A stretch of DNA of 64,000 nt from Candidatus Tectimicrobiota bacterium. GTDB lineage: Bacteria > JACPUC01. Where the stretch lies: positions 1 to 64,000 of the forward strand of contig JACPUC010000015.1 of the NCBI GenBank assembly GCA_016192455.1, read 5' to 3'. Made by a program: the position numbers and the translations under genes. Under the pieces are notes generated by a model that was not told the DNA's origin, searched no databases, and was given only the letters and a program-made list of their open reading frames with translations. Within the stretch, counting starts at the first letter, position 1, and every line of letters starts with the position of its first letter. Shown one piece after another: positions 20,174 to 29,254 of this stretch.

Positions 20174-20308
20174 GACGTTCCAGCCATGGCAGGGCGCTGC
20201 GGGCGGCCCTGGCAGAGGCGCCGGGAAGCGTTCGGTCGAGGAGACGTGGGCTCGTCCGCAGCGCCCCCGAAGTGAGCAAGGGATCGGAGCGGGAATCGAG
20301 GATCAGGG

Positions 20309-21922
20309 ATGCACGATGCCGCGCAGCAACGCGACCCGGAACGCGATCGCAACGGTCTTGTCTGGTACGTCGAGAAACCGAACCAAAAGTTTCTCTTCGC
20401 CTGCGGAGAGCGCTACGTTTGGGAGACCCTGCCACCCGGCACGCGCATCGTCGAGGCGCCGCCGTCGGTGCCGGGGCTTGCCGACCCGGACGCGGCGATC
20501 GAGGCGGCGCTGGAGCACCCCCTCGGCTGCGATCCCCTCTCGGCCCAGTTGCGGCCGGGGATGAAGGTGACCATCGCCTTCGACGACCTGTCGCTGCCGC
20601 TGCCGCCCATGCAGCGGCCCGACGTGCGCCAGCGCGTCATCGAGATCGTGCTGCGCAAGCTGGCCGCGGCCGGTATTGACGATATCCACCTCATCGTCGC
20701 CACCAGCCTTCACCGGCGCATGACCAAGGCCGAGCTGCAACACGCCCTGGGCCGCCGCATCGTGCGGGCGTTCTACCCGCATCGCCTTTACAACCACGAT
20801 GCGGAGAATCCGGACGGCATCGTCGCCCTCGGCAAGACCGAGCAGGGCGAGGTGGTGGAGTTGAACCGGCGGGCCGTCGAGTCGGACCTCCTGATCTACG
20901 TGAACATCAACCTCGTCTCCATGGACGGCGGCAACAAGTCGGTGCCCGTGGGCTTGGGAACCTACGCCAGCCTGCGCTTCCACCACAACGTGCACAGCCT
21001 CATGCAGTCGCGCTCTTTCATGGACCCGCGGCACTCCTACCTGCACCACTCCTGCGACCGCATGGGACGCGTGGTCGCCGAGCACGTCAAGATCTTCACC
21101 ATCGAAACGACCTTGAACGGCGACATGTTCCCCTGGTTCATGACCTTCCTCAACAAGACCGAGAAGCACTACACCGCCTTCGACCGCCTCTCCCTGCACG
21201 CCACCCGCGGCTTCCTCGACCACTCGCCCCTGGCGGTCAATCGCAGGCTCTTCCAGGCCATCAAGTCGCCCTACCAGCTCAGCGGCGTGCACGCCGGGGA
21301 GACGAACGCGGTGCACGCGAAGACAATGGAGCAGGTCTTCAAGCAGCACCTCGTGCGTGTCGAAGGCCAGGCGGACATCGTCGTCATGGGGTTGGCGCAC
21401 ATCTGTCCCTACAACGTCAACTCCATCATGAACCCCATCCTGGTCATGTGCCTGGGGCTGGGCTACATGTTCAACTTCTACCGCGGCCGGCCGCTGGGGC
21501 GGAAGGGTGGCGTGATGATCTTCCTGCATCCGGTGGAGTACAAGTTCAACGCCGTGCACCACCCCTCCTACATCGACTTCTTCGAGGAGGTGCTGACCGA
21601 GACGCAGGACTCCAGCGTCATCGAGGCGAAATACGAAGAGAGCTACGCGCGCAACCCCCGCTACCTCGAGGCGTATCGTTTCGGGCATGCCTACCACGGC
21701 GTGCACCCGTTCTACATGTGGTACTGGGGCACCCAGGGGCAGCGGCACTTCGCGCGCGTCATCTTCGTTAACCCCACCAGCCCACAGGCGGTGCGGCGCA
21801 TGGGGTTCGAGGCGGCGCCGTCGCTGCCGGCCGCCCTCGAGATGGCGCGCGACACGCTGGGGGCGAACGCCTCCATCACCTACCAGCGGGTGCCGCCGAT
21901 CTCGATGTGCGAGGTGGTCTGA
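20309..21922 (+). CDS. Lactate racemase (LarA/DUF2088)-fold protein
   Basis: 'ALEHPLG..PL', 'VTIAFDD', 'IVATSLHRRMT', 'NHDAE', 'ELNRRAVESDLLIYV', 'GGNKS', 'GGVMI'. Confidence 0.85.
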   Translation: MHDAAQQRDPERDRNGLVWYVEKPNQKFLFACGERYVWETLPPGTRIVEAPPSVPGLADPDAAIEAALEHPLGCDPLSAQLRPGMKVTIAFDDLSLPLPPMQRPDVRQRVIEIVLRKLAAAGIDDIHLIVATSLHRRMTKAELQHALGRRIVRAFYPHRLYNHDAENPDGIVALGKTEQGEVVELNRRAVESDLLIYVNINLVSMDGGNKSVPVGLGTYASLRFHHNVHSLMQSRSFMDPRHSYLHHSCDRMGRVVAEHVKIFTIETTLNGDMFPWFMTFLNKTEKHYTAFDRLSLHATRGFLDHSPLAVNRRLFQAIKSPYQLSGVHAGETNAVHAKTMEQVFKQHLVRVEGQADIVVMGLAHICPYNVNSIMNPILVMCLGLGYMFNFYRGRPLGRKGGVMIFLHPVEYKFNAVHHPSYIDFFEEVLTETQDSSVIEAKYEESYARNPRYLEAYRFGHAYHGVHPFYMWYWGTQGQRHFARVIFVNPTSPQAVRRMGFEAAPSLPAALEMARDTLGANASITYQRVPPISMCEVV

Positions 21923-21929
21923 GGAGCCG

Positions 21930-22913
21930 ATGAGGCCGCCGCTACCCGCGTTGAACCTGGCCGTCATCGTCAATCCCCGCTCCGGGGCGGGGAAGGGGCG
22001 GCGGCTTGCCGCGCGGCTGAGCGCCTGGTTGAAGCAGCAGGGGATTGTGGCGCCGTTCGCCCTCACCGAAGCGCCGGGCCACGGGCGCGCGCTGGCGGCG
22101 GGGTTCCTGAGAGAGGGCCACCGGCTCCTCATTGTCGTTGGCGGCGACGGCACGCTCCATGAGGTGGTGAATGCCATGGTGGCCGGGAGCGGTGGGCTTG
22201 CGAACGCCGCTCCGCCGCGCCAGCGACATGGCGTTGGCTCGATTGCGGTCAGCGCCGACGAACCCCCGCGCCCGCTGCTGGCGATCCTGCCGTGCGGCAA
22301 GGGGAACGACTTCGCCCGTGCCCTCGGCATCCCGACGCGCTGGGAAAGCTGGCTGGCGATGCTGCGGGCGGGATCGACGCGCGGCGTCGATCTGGGATGG
22401 GCCGGCGGGCGGGCCTTCACCACGGTTGCCGCGGTGGGGTTCGATGCCGAGGTGAGCGAGCGCGTCAACGCCGCCAGGCTGCGCGGCGCCGGCAGCATGC
22501 TCTACCTGCTCATGGCCCTGCGCCACCTGTTCCGCTACCAGCCGAAACTGCTGCGCCTGAGCGGCGATTTCGGCGTCTTCGAGGGTCGCGTCTTCCTCAC
22601 CGCCGTTGGCAACACGCCGCACTACGGCGGCGGCATGCGCATCACCCCCGGCGCCGACCCAGGGGACGGCGTCCTGGAGGTCTGCATCGTCGAGCCGATG
22701 CCGAAGCTGGCCGTGCTGCGCCTGCTGCCGAGCGTCTACACGGGCCGTCACGTCAGCCACCCGCGGGTGCGCTGCGAACGCACGCGCACCCTGCGCGTCG
22801 AAAGCCCTGAAGGGCCCCTCTGGCTGCACGCCGACGGCGAACCCCTCTGCCAAACCCCCGCCGCCATCGAGACCCTCCCGCGGGCCGTGCGGCTGCTCGT
22901 GCCGGCGCCGTAA
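21930..22913 (+). CDS. Diacylglycerol/lipid kinase family protein (YegS/DagK-like)
   Basis: 'VIVNPRSG', 'VGGDGTLHEVVN', 'LPCGKGNDFARALG', 'GFDAEV', 'YGGGM', 'HADGE'. Confidence 0.92.
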   Translation: MRPPLPALNLAVIVNPRSGAGKGRRLAARLSAWLKQQGIVAPFALTEAPGHGRALAAGFLREGHRLLIVVGGDGTLHEVVNAMVAGSGGLANAAPPRQRHGVGSIAVSADEPPRPLLAILPCGKGNDFARALGIPTRWESWLAMLRAGSTRGVDLGWAGGRAFTTVAAVGFDAEVSERVNAARLRGAGSMLYLLMALRHLFRYQPKLLRLSGDFGVFEGRVFLTAVGNTPHYGGGMRITPGADPGDGVLEVCIVEPMPKLAVLRLLPSVYTGRHVSHPRVRCERTRTLRVESPEGPLWLHADGEPLCQTPAAIETLPRAVRLLVPAP

Positions 22914-22981
22914 GGGGTGTGATGCGAGGGAGCATCGCCCCCTCGCGCACCCCGTTTACGCGAGCTGCTGCGCAGCTCGCG
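22914..22981. repeat. Tandem GC-rich hairpins (terminator- or REP-like) after the lipid operon
   Basis: GGGGTG..GCGAGGG / CCCTCGC.CACCCC (22914-22953) followed by GTTT, then perfect 10-bp stem CGCGAGCTGC-TGC-GCAGCTCGCG (22959-22981). Confidence 0.6.
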
Positions 22982-22982
22982 G

Positions 22983-23174
22983 GAGATAATCTGGGATTAC
23001 TTGAACTGTGCGAATCGAAAAAGGATTAGGAGCGAGACAGGCATCTTCCTGGCCTGGCTGTCGATCCTCTTCATGGCGCACTTTCACTACCCGTTTCACC
23101 TACCGACGACGCAGGCGCTCTTCATTGTGTTGACGGCGATGCTTTTGGTTGACAAGCCCACCGCAAGTCTGTAG
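22983..23174 (+). pseudogene. 3' remnant of an O-antigen-ligase-like membrane protein
   Basis: Start-less frame reads EIIWDYLNCANRKRIRSETGIFLAWLSILFMAHFHYPFHLPTTQALFIVLTAMLLVDKPTASL* (TAG 23172-74). 'F.YPFHLP' between two TM helices resembles Wzy_C/O-antigen ligase C-termini. Confidence 0.45.
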
Positions 23175-23263
23175 ATTTGAGTCTACGGCGCAAACTGAGC
23201 GCCAAGCCCGGCGAAGGTTTCTCGCGCCACAACCGGGAGCTCGTAAGCGAGAGGGAGCCTACC

Positions 23264-24274
23264 ATGCCTCAGTTCATCTCCTTTACGCAGACCCAAGACA
23301 TGTTCGGACAATACGGCGGATCGCCGTACCCGCCCGACCGCGTGGTGGTTGACCAGCCGAACATCCGATCCGACGCGAGGCGTCTGGAAGCCGCGATCGC
23401 CAAACAGCGGACCGGCCTGGCGGCGGCAAGGGACAAACTCGCCAAGATGCGGGACCGGGTGAACGCGCTTTATGGCACGCCCGCGATGAATGATCCGGCG
23501 ATTCTGGCGATGTCGAATCATCACATCCCCGCCTTGGAGATCAGGGTCGCCGCCATCGAGACCGATCTTGGGTTGAAGGAACGCACGTTGGAGCGGACGA
23601 AGATTCTCTTGGCCCAGATGAGCGAGGATGAGAAGAATCTTCAGCAGGCCCAGGAGAACCCGGCGGTCGCGGCCGAGATGGGGAAGGTACTCACAGCGGC
23701 GGGGGTCAAGATCGGAGATATAATGGAAGAGACACAAGTGTTGCGAGAAAGATTTGATCAGATTCGGAGCGCAGTTGGTGATATTCTGATTGATTATTAC
23801 ATTTACGCTAGAATTGCTGAAATAGCAGATTCTAATCAGCTTCTTTGGCAGAGCAATGATTTCTGGGGGTTCTTGGACCGGCTCTATCGTAGTTCAATGG
23901 TTATTCGAATTCGGTCGCAGATTGACACCCATAAAGACGTGATTTCTTTTAGGAAGTTCCTTGAAGATCTAAAAACGTCTGATACTAAATTCAGAATTAG
24001 AAGAGAAGAAATAGATAGTGATATAATGCAATTAGATGAGAGTACCAAGCCAATCAAGGCTTACACAAATAAGTATGTTGCACACATTGATAAGAATCGG
24101 TCTGAGTTTAATACTAGGAGGGAACAGATTCGTTTAAGTATTGAAGTATTAGACAAGCTACTGTGTAAATACTGGAAGATCATGTTTGATGAGGATTTGC
24201 AAACCGTCCAATCGGAACTCGAATTCAAGAATTGGGAAGAAATTTTCTCCTTTCCATGGATAACTCCCAAATAA
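23264..24274 (+). CDS. Hypothetical protein: N-terminal coiled coil + C-terminal HEPN/AbiU2-like domain
   Basis: RBS GAGGGAG before ATG 23264. C-half has 'VIRIR...D...DVISFRKFL', 'YTNKYVAHID', 'WEEIFSFPW'. Strong GC drop after about 23720. Confidence 0.55.
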   Translation: MPQFISFTQTQDMFGQYGGSPYPPDRVVVDQPNIRSDARRLEAAIAKQRTGLAAARDKLAKMRDRVNALYGTPAMNDPAILAMSNHHIPALEIRVAAIETDLGLKERTLERTKILLAQMSEDEKNLQQAQENPAVAAEMGKVLTAAGVKIGDIMEETQVLRERFDQIRSAVGDILIDYYIYARIAEIADSNQLLWQSNDFWGFLDRLYRSSMVIRIRSQIDTHKDVISFRKFLEDLKTSDTKFRIRREEIDSDIMQLDESTKPIKAYTNKYVAHIDKNRSEFNTRREQIRLSIEVLDKLLCKYWKIMFDEDLQTVQSELEFKNWEEIFSFPWITPK

Positions 24275-24348
24275 GTCTGCAGTACTTCCTTTGGCATATT
24301 CCACGGTAGGATGAAACTGAATCATTTGAGATCCTCAGGTATGCCCCT

Positions 24349-25218
24349 TTACTTCACCGCGCCGACGGTGAAGCCGGCGATGAAGCGGTCGACGAAGAGG
24401 TTGTAGAGGATGGCGATGGGGACGCTGGCGATGAAGCAGGCGGCCATGAGGGAGCCCCAGAAGTAGACGTCGCCGCGCACCAGGAAGGTGGGCACCCCGA
24501 CGCTGATGGTGAAATCGGCGGACGAGGTGATGAAGGTGAGGGCGTAGACGAACTCCTGCATGACGAGCGTGAAGGTGAAGATGACCACCGTCAGGATGCC
24601 GGCGATCGAGATCGGCACGATGATCTTCACGAAGGCCCCGAAGCGGCTCAGGCCGTCGATCATCGCCGCCTCCTCGAGGTCGCGCGGGATGGCCTTGAAG
24701 AACCCCATGAGCAACCAGGTGGAGAAGGGGACGGTGATGCTCGGGTAGACGAGGACGAGCGACCAGAGGGAGTCCTGCAGCCCCAGGTTGGCGACGACGC
24801 GCGACAGCGGGATGAAGAGGAGGGTGGGCGGCACCAGGTAGGTGAGGAAGATGCCGATGCCGAGGCTCTCCCCCCAGCGCCCCGTCAGCCGCGCCAAGCT
24901 GTACCCGGCCGGCAGGGCGAGGGCGAGGGTGATGACCACCACGAGCAGGCCGACGAAGGCGGTGTTCCACATCCACTGGGCGAACTGCGTCTCGAAGAAG
25001 AGGACGCGCAGGTTCTCGATGGTGGCCGGTTCGTTGTAAAGGAAGGGGTTGTTGCCGCGGTTCAGGAGGTCGCGGGTCTGCTTGAAGGTGGTGATGAGCA
25101 TCCACAGGAAGGGAAAGGCGGCGAAGAAGGCGAAGAGAGCCACGACCCCATAGTGAGCGACCTCGCGGAGCGCCCGGAGCACGCTGAAACGGTTCCATCG
25201 GGAGCCTCGCGCCGCCAC
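24349..25218 (-). CDS. Carbohydrate ABC transporter permease (MalG-like)
   Basis: EAA motif 'IPRDLEEAAMIDG', 6 TM segments, C-terminal 'FIAGFTVGAVK'. Confidence 0.95.
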   Translation of the reverse strand: MAARGSRWNRFSVLRALREVAHYGVVALFAFFAAFPFLWMLITTFKQTRDLLNRGNNPFLYNEPATIENLRVLFFETQFAQWMWNTAFVGLLVVVITLALALPAGYSLARLTGRWGESLGIGIFLTYLVPPTLLFIPLSRVVANLGLQDSLWSLVLVYPSITVPFSTWLLMGFFKAIPRDLEEAAMIDGLSRFGAFVKIIVPISIAGILTVVIFTFTLVMQEFVYALTFITSSADFTISVGVPTFLVRGDVYFWGSLMAACFIASVPIAILYNLFVDRFIAGFTVGAVK

Positions 25219-25219
25219 C

Positions 25220-26203
25220 TCAGGTCACCTCCGAGCGGCGCGCCAGGCGCAGCATGAGGAAGGCCACCGCCACGAGGAGCGGGAAGAGGAAGAGCGCGAT
25301 CGCGGCTCCTTCGGCGAGGTCGCCGCCTTCGATGCCGGTGAAGAAGGCGAGGCTGGCGAGGACGTGCGTGGAGTCGAAGGGGCCTCCCCGCGTGAGAACG
25401 AAGATGACGATCATGTCGGTGAAGGTGAAGACGATGCCGAAGAGCACCGCCACCCCCATGATGGGGAGGACCATGGGGATGGTGATCTCGAAGAGCTGCC
25501 GCCAGAAGCGCGCGCCATCGGCGGCGGCGGCCTCCTGGATGTCGCGCGGGATCGAGGTGAGGCCGGCAAGGAGGATGATGGTCGCCAGCGGCAACAGACG
25601 CCAGACGTGCACCGCGATGACGGACGCCATGGCGAGCTTCGGCAGCCCCAGCCAGATCGGCCAGGTGCTCGGTCCGAAGATGCCCACCGCCCGCAGGCCC
25701 CAGTTGACGATGCTGTAGATGGAGTCGAGCATCCAGAGCCAGCCGATGGCGCCGAGGGAAATCGGCGCCACCCAGGGCAGGATGATGAGCAGGCGGACGA
25801 CCCACTTGCCGCGGAAATCCCGCACCAGGGACAGGGCGAGAATCTTCGCCAGGATCAGGACGATCGCCTGGGAGACAAACGTGAAGATGAAGCTGTTCTT
25901 CAGCGCCACTTGAAAGCCGGGCGTATCCAGGATGGCGCGGAAGTTCTTCAGGCCGACGAAGTGCAACTCCTCCGTGCCGACGGTGATATTGCTGAAGCTG
26001 TAGAAGAGGGCGAGAAAGAACGGCATGCCGATGAGGGCGGCGATGTAGATCACCGCCGGCGCGATCATCACCCGCCCAAGCCAATCCTCGCGATCGAGGA
26101 AGTAGGCGCGGCGTCTGGCCGGTGCTGCGCTGCTCACGCGCGGCTCTCCACCGGAAGGAGGATGCGGCTGGGCGACTGATGCCGGTTCATGCTCACCCCG
26201 CAC
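25220..26203 (-). CDS. Carbohydrate ABC transporter permease (MalF-like)
   Basis: 'FVGLKNF', 'LILPW', EAA motif 'LAGLTSIPRDIQEAAAADGA'. Confidence 0.95.
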   Translation of the reverse strand: MRGEHEPASVAQPHPPSGGEPRVSSAAPARRRAYFLDREDWLGRVMIAPAVIYIAALIGMPFFLALFYSFSNITVGTEELHFVGLKNFRAILDTPGFQVALKNSFIFTFVSQAIVLILAKILALSLVRDFRGKWVVRLLIILPWVAPISLGAIGWLWMLDSIYSIVNWGLRAVGIFGPSTWPIWLGLPKLAMASVIAVHVWRLLPLATIILLAGLTSIPRDIQEAAAADGARFWRQLFEITIPMVLPIMGVAVLFGIVFTFTDMIVIFVLTRGGPFDSTHVLASLAFFTGIEGGDLAEGAAIALFLFPLLVAVAFLMLRLARRSEVT

Positions 26204-26218
26204 CGCGGCGCCTTTCTC

Positions 26219-27259
<1,041 letters not shown>

Positions 27260-27462
27260 GGAAGCATCACAGAGGTGAAGGAGACTGGCGCAGCCCCTCC
27301 CCCGCGAACACCATGAGAGGTGGCGTGGACACCATGAGGAGAGGAGGGATCACTCCTCGCAGGGAGCCTCCTCCCCTCCTTCTCCGCGGACCTTGCAGCC
27401 GGGGACGAGGCCGCCCCCCGCCGCCCTGGCAAGGAACCCGCCGCCAGCAGCCGACGCGGGGC

Positions 27463-28809
27463 CTAGAGCTTACCCCGTTCGCTCCACTTTTGGAAGATGC
27501 GCTCCACTTGCTTGGAGGCTTCGGCCACGGCATCCTCGGGCGACATGATGCCCTGCGCAGCCTTGGCGAACATCGTCGAGACGATCCAGGTGCTGAAGAC
27601 CTCATCAATGGCGGCGTTCGCATACCCTGGATAGCCGACGTTGGTTGCCCACGACTCGACATCCTCGAGCACCTTGTACTTGTCGCTCGGCTTCGCCTTC
27701 GGATCGTTCGCCAGGAGCTGCTTGAGGTCCGGCACCGTGCTCGTGAAGCACGGGAAGTTGTAGTACTCGCTGGCCAGGAAGCCTTTCTTGAAGTTGTCCA
27801 CGTAGTCCACCAGGAACTTCTTCGCGCCCTCGATGTTCTTGGCGAACTTCCAGATGCAGTAAACGTCCATGACGTGTTCGAGGCCGATGCGCCGCACCGG
27901 CCCCGCCGCCGCCTTGGCCAGCCAGATGTTATCGGTGACGGGAATCTTTTCATTCTCGCCGGTGCGCGTAACGGAGATGGCGTTCAGCGCCAGGGATCCC
28001 TTGCCGGCGAGCATGAAGCGATTGTTCGAGGAGGCGTCCCAGGAGAAGACCTCGGGGGTCATCGTTTCCTGGTAGAGGGCCTTGACAAACTTCACCGCCT
28101 CGACAGTCTGCTTCGAGCCGAGGATCGGCTTGCCGTTCTCGTCCTGCTCCGAGCTGCCCCAGGAGTACATGAGCGAGCGCATCGCCATGTTCGTGTCGAT
28201 CTCGGAGGCCAGGCCGATGCCGACGGGGTTGTCAAACTGCTTCTTGATCTTGGCGCCGCCGACGCGGATGTCTTCCCACGAATCGGGCTTCACGCCAACG
28301 GCATCCCAGAGGTCCTTGCGGTAGTTGATGGGATCGGGCACGTAGCTGTCGGAGAAGCCGTAGTACTTCTTCGTCTTCGGGTTGTACGTGCTCTTGATGG
28401 CCAGGGGGATGGCCTTGCCATGCTTGCGCTCGACCTCTTCGTAGATTTCGCGGTGATCGATCACCTGATCTTCGTGCACCGGCGGCGGCCACAGGAAGAG
28501 GAAGAGGTCGTGCCCCTGTTGCGCCCGAACCTCCGCCGCGGCGCGGGCGTTCAGCCCGGCGATGCCGATGTTGTCAACGATGACGTTGGTGTTGTTCTTT
28601 TGTCCCCACTCCTTCACGTAGGTCTCGTTGAACCACTTATCGTAGCCGGGGACAAAGTGATTCCACTGCAGAATCCGCAAGGTCTTCTGCTGCGCTGTGG
28701 CCCTCCCTGGGACGATGATCGCCGGCCCAAGAGTCGCGGCGGCGGCGCCGGCGCCAGCCACCTTCATGAAGTCACGACGTGAAAGGTGACGCTTGGTCGA
28801 TTCTTCCAC
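27463..28809 (-). CDS. ABC transporter extracellular solute-binding protein, Tat-exported
   Basis: Twin-arginine signal 'SRRDFMKVAG', SBP_bac_1-type body ('INYRKDLW', 'WDASSNNR'). First gene of the ABC operon. Confidence 0.92.
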   Translation of the reverse strand: MEESTKRHLSRRDFMKVAGAGAAAATLGPAIIVPGRATAQQKTLRILQWNHFVPGYDKWFNETYVKEWGQKNNTNVIVDNIGIAGLNARAAAEVRAQQGHDLFLFLWPPPVHEDQVIDHREIYEEVERKHGKAIPLAIKSTYNPKTKKYYGFSDSYVPDPINYRKDLWDAVGVKPDSWEDIRVGGAKIKKQFDNPVGIGLASEIDTNMAMRSLMYSWGSSEQDENGKPILGSKQTVEAVKFVKALYQETMTPEVFSWDASSNNRFMLAGKGSLALNAISVTRTGENEKIPVTDNIWLAKAAAGPVRRIGLEHVMDVYCIWKFAKNIEGAKKFLVDYVDNFKKGFLASEYYNFPCFTSTVPDLKQLLANDPKAKPSDKYKVLEDVESWATNVGYPGYANAAIDEVFSTWIVSTMFAKAAQGIMSPEDAVAEASKQVERIFQKWSERGKL

Positions 28810-28984
28810 CGGATGCCCTCCTCCAAACAGTGACCCTCACAACTCCTCCGCAGCCGTTTCGACGAACCCCGCGCCTCCCGCCACACCTCCCCTTGGCAGT
28901 TCCTCAGAGGCAGAGCGTTCTGGCGAGGCCCTCTCTCGACAGCGCCACGGAGCAATCTGATGGGATTATTACAACCTTTACTGG

Positions 28985-29014
28985 AGAGTACCCAAGCACT
29001 CCGTAGCATGTCAA
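28985..29014 (-). promoter_or_regulatory. Putative sigma70 promoter of the ABC operon
   Basis: Minus-strand TTGACA (29014-29009), 18-nt spacer, TACTCT (28990-28985) in a locally AT-rich stretch. Confidence 0.5.
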
Positions 29015-29254
29015 CACACAACGCGAGCACCTGAGGGGGAAGAACCTCGCCTCCCCCAGGTCGCATGCGGGCGCCCTCCGCACCGGGAACCGCTGGCGTT
29101 GCAGCGTGAGCAAGGCCGCCGTTGCCTCCCTGGCCCAGCGGGAGATGCTCTTGGCCTCCCTCCTTGACTTCAGCGCTCTGCCTCCCCATCATCGCTGCTG
29201 CAGGCGCGGTGCGGCGACGACGGCACGGCAAGGCACAGGCCGCCAGGGGGGCAC

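Noticed and set aside
22983-24332. GAGAT near both islet ends as a target-site duplication
   Set aside because: A 5-bp match with uncertain boundaries is not distinguishable from chance, and there are no terminal inverted repeats.
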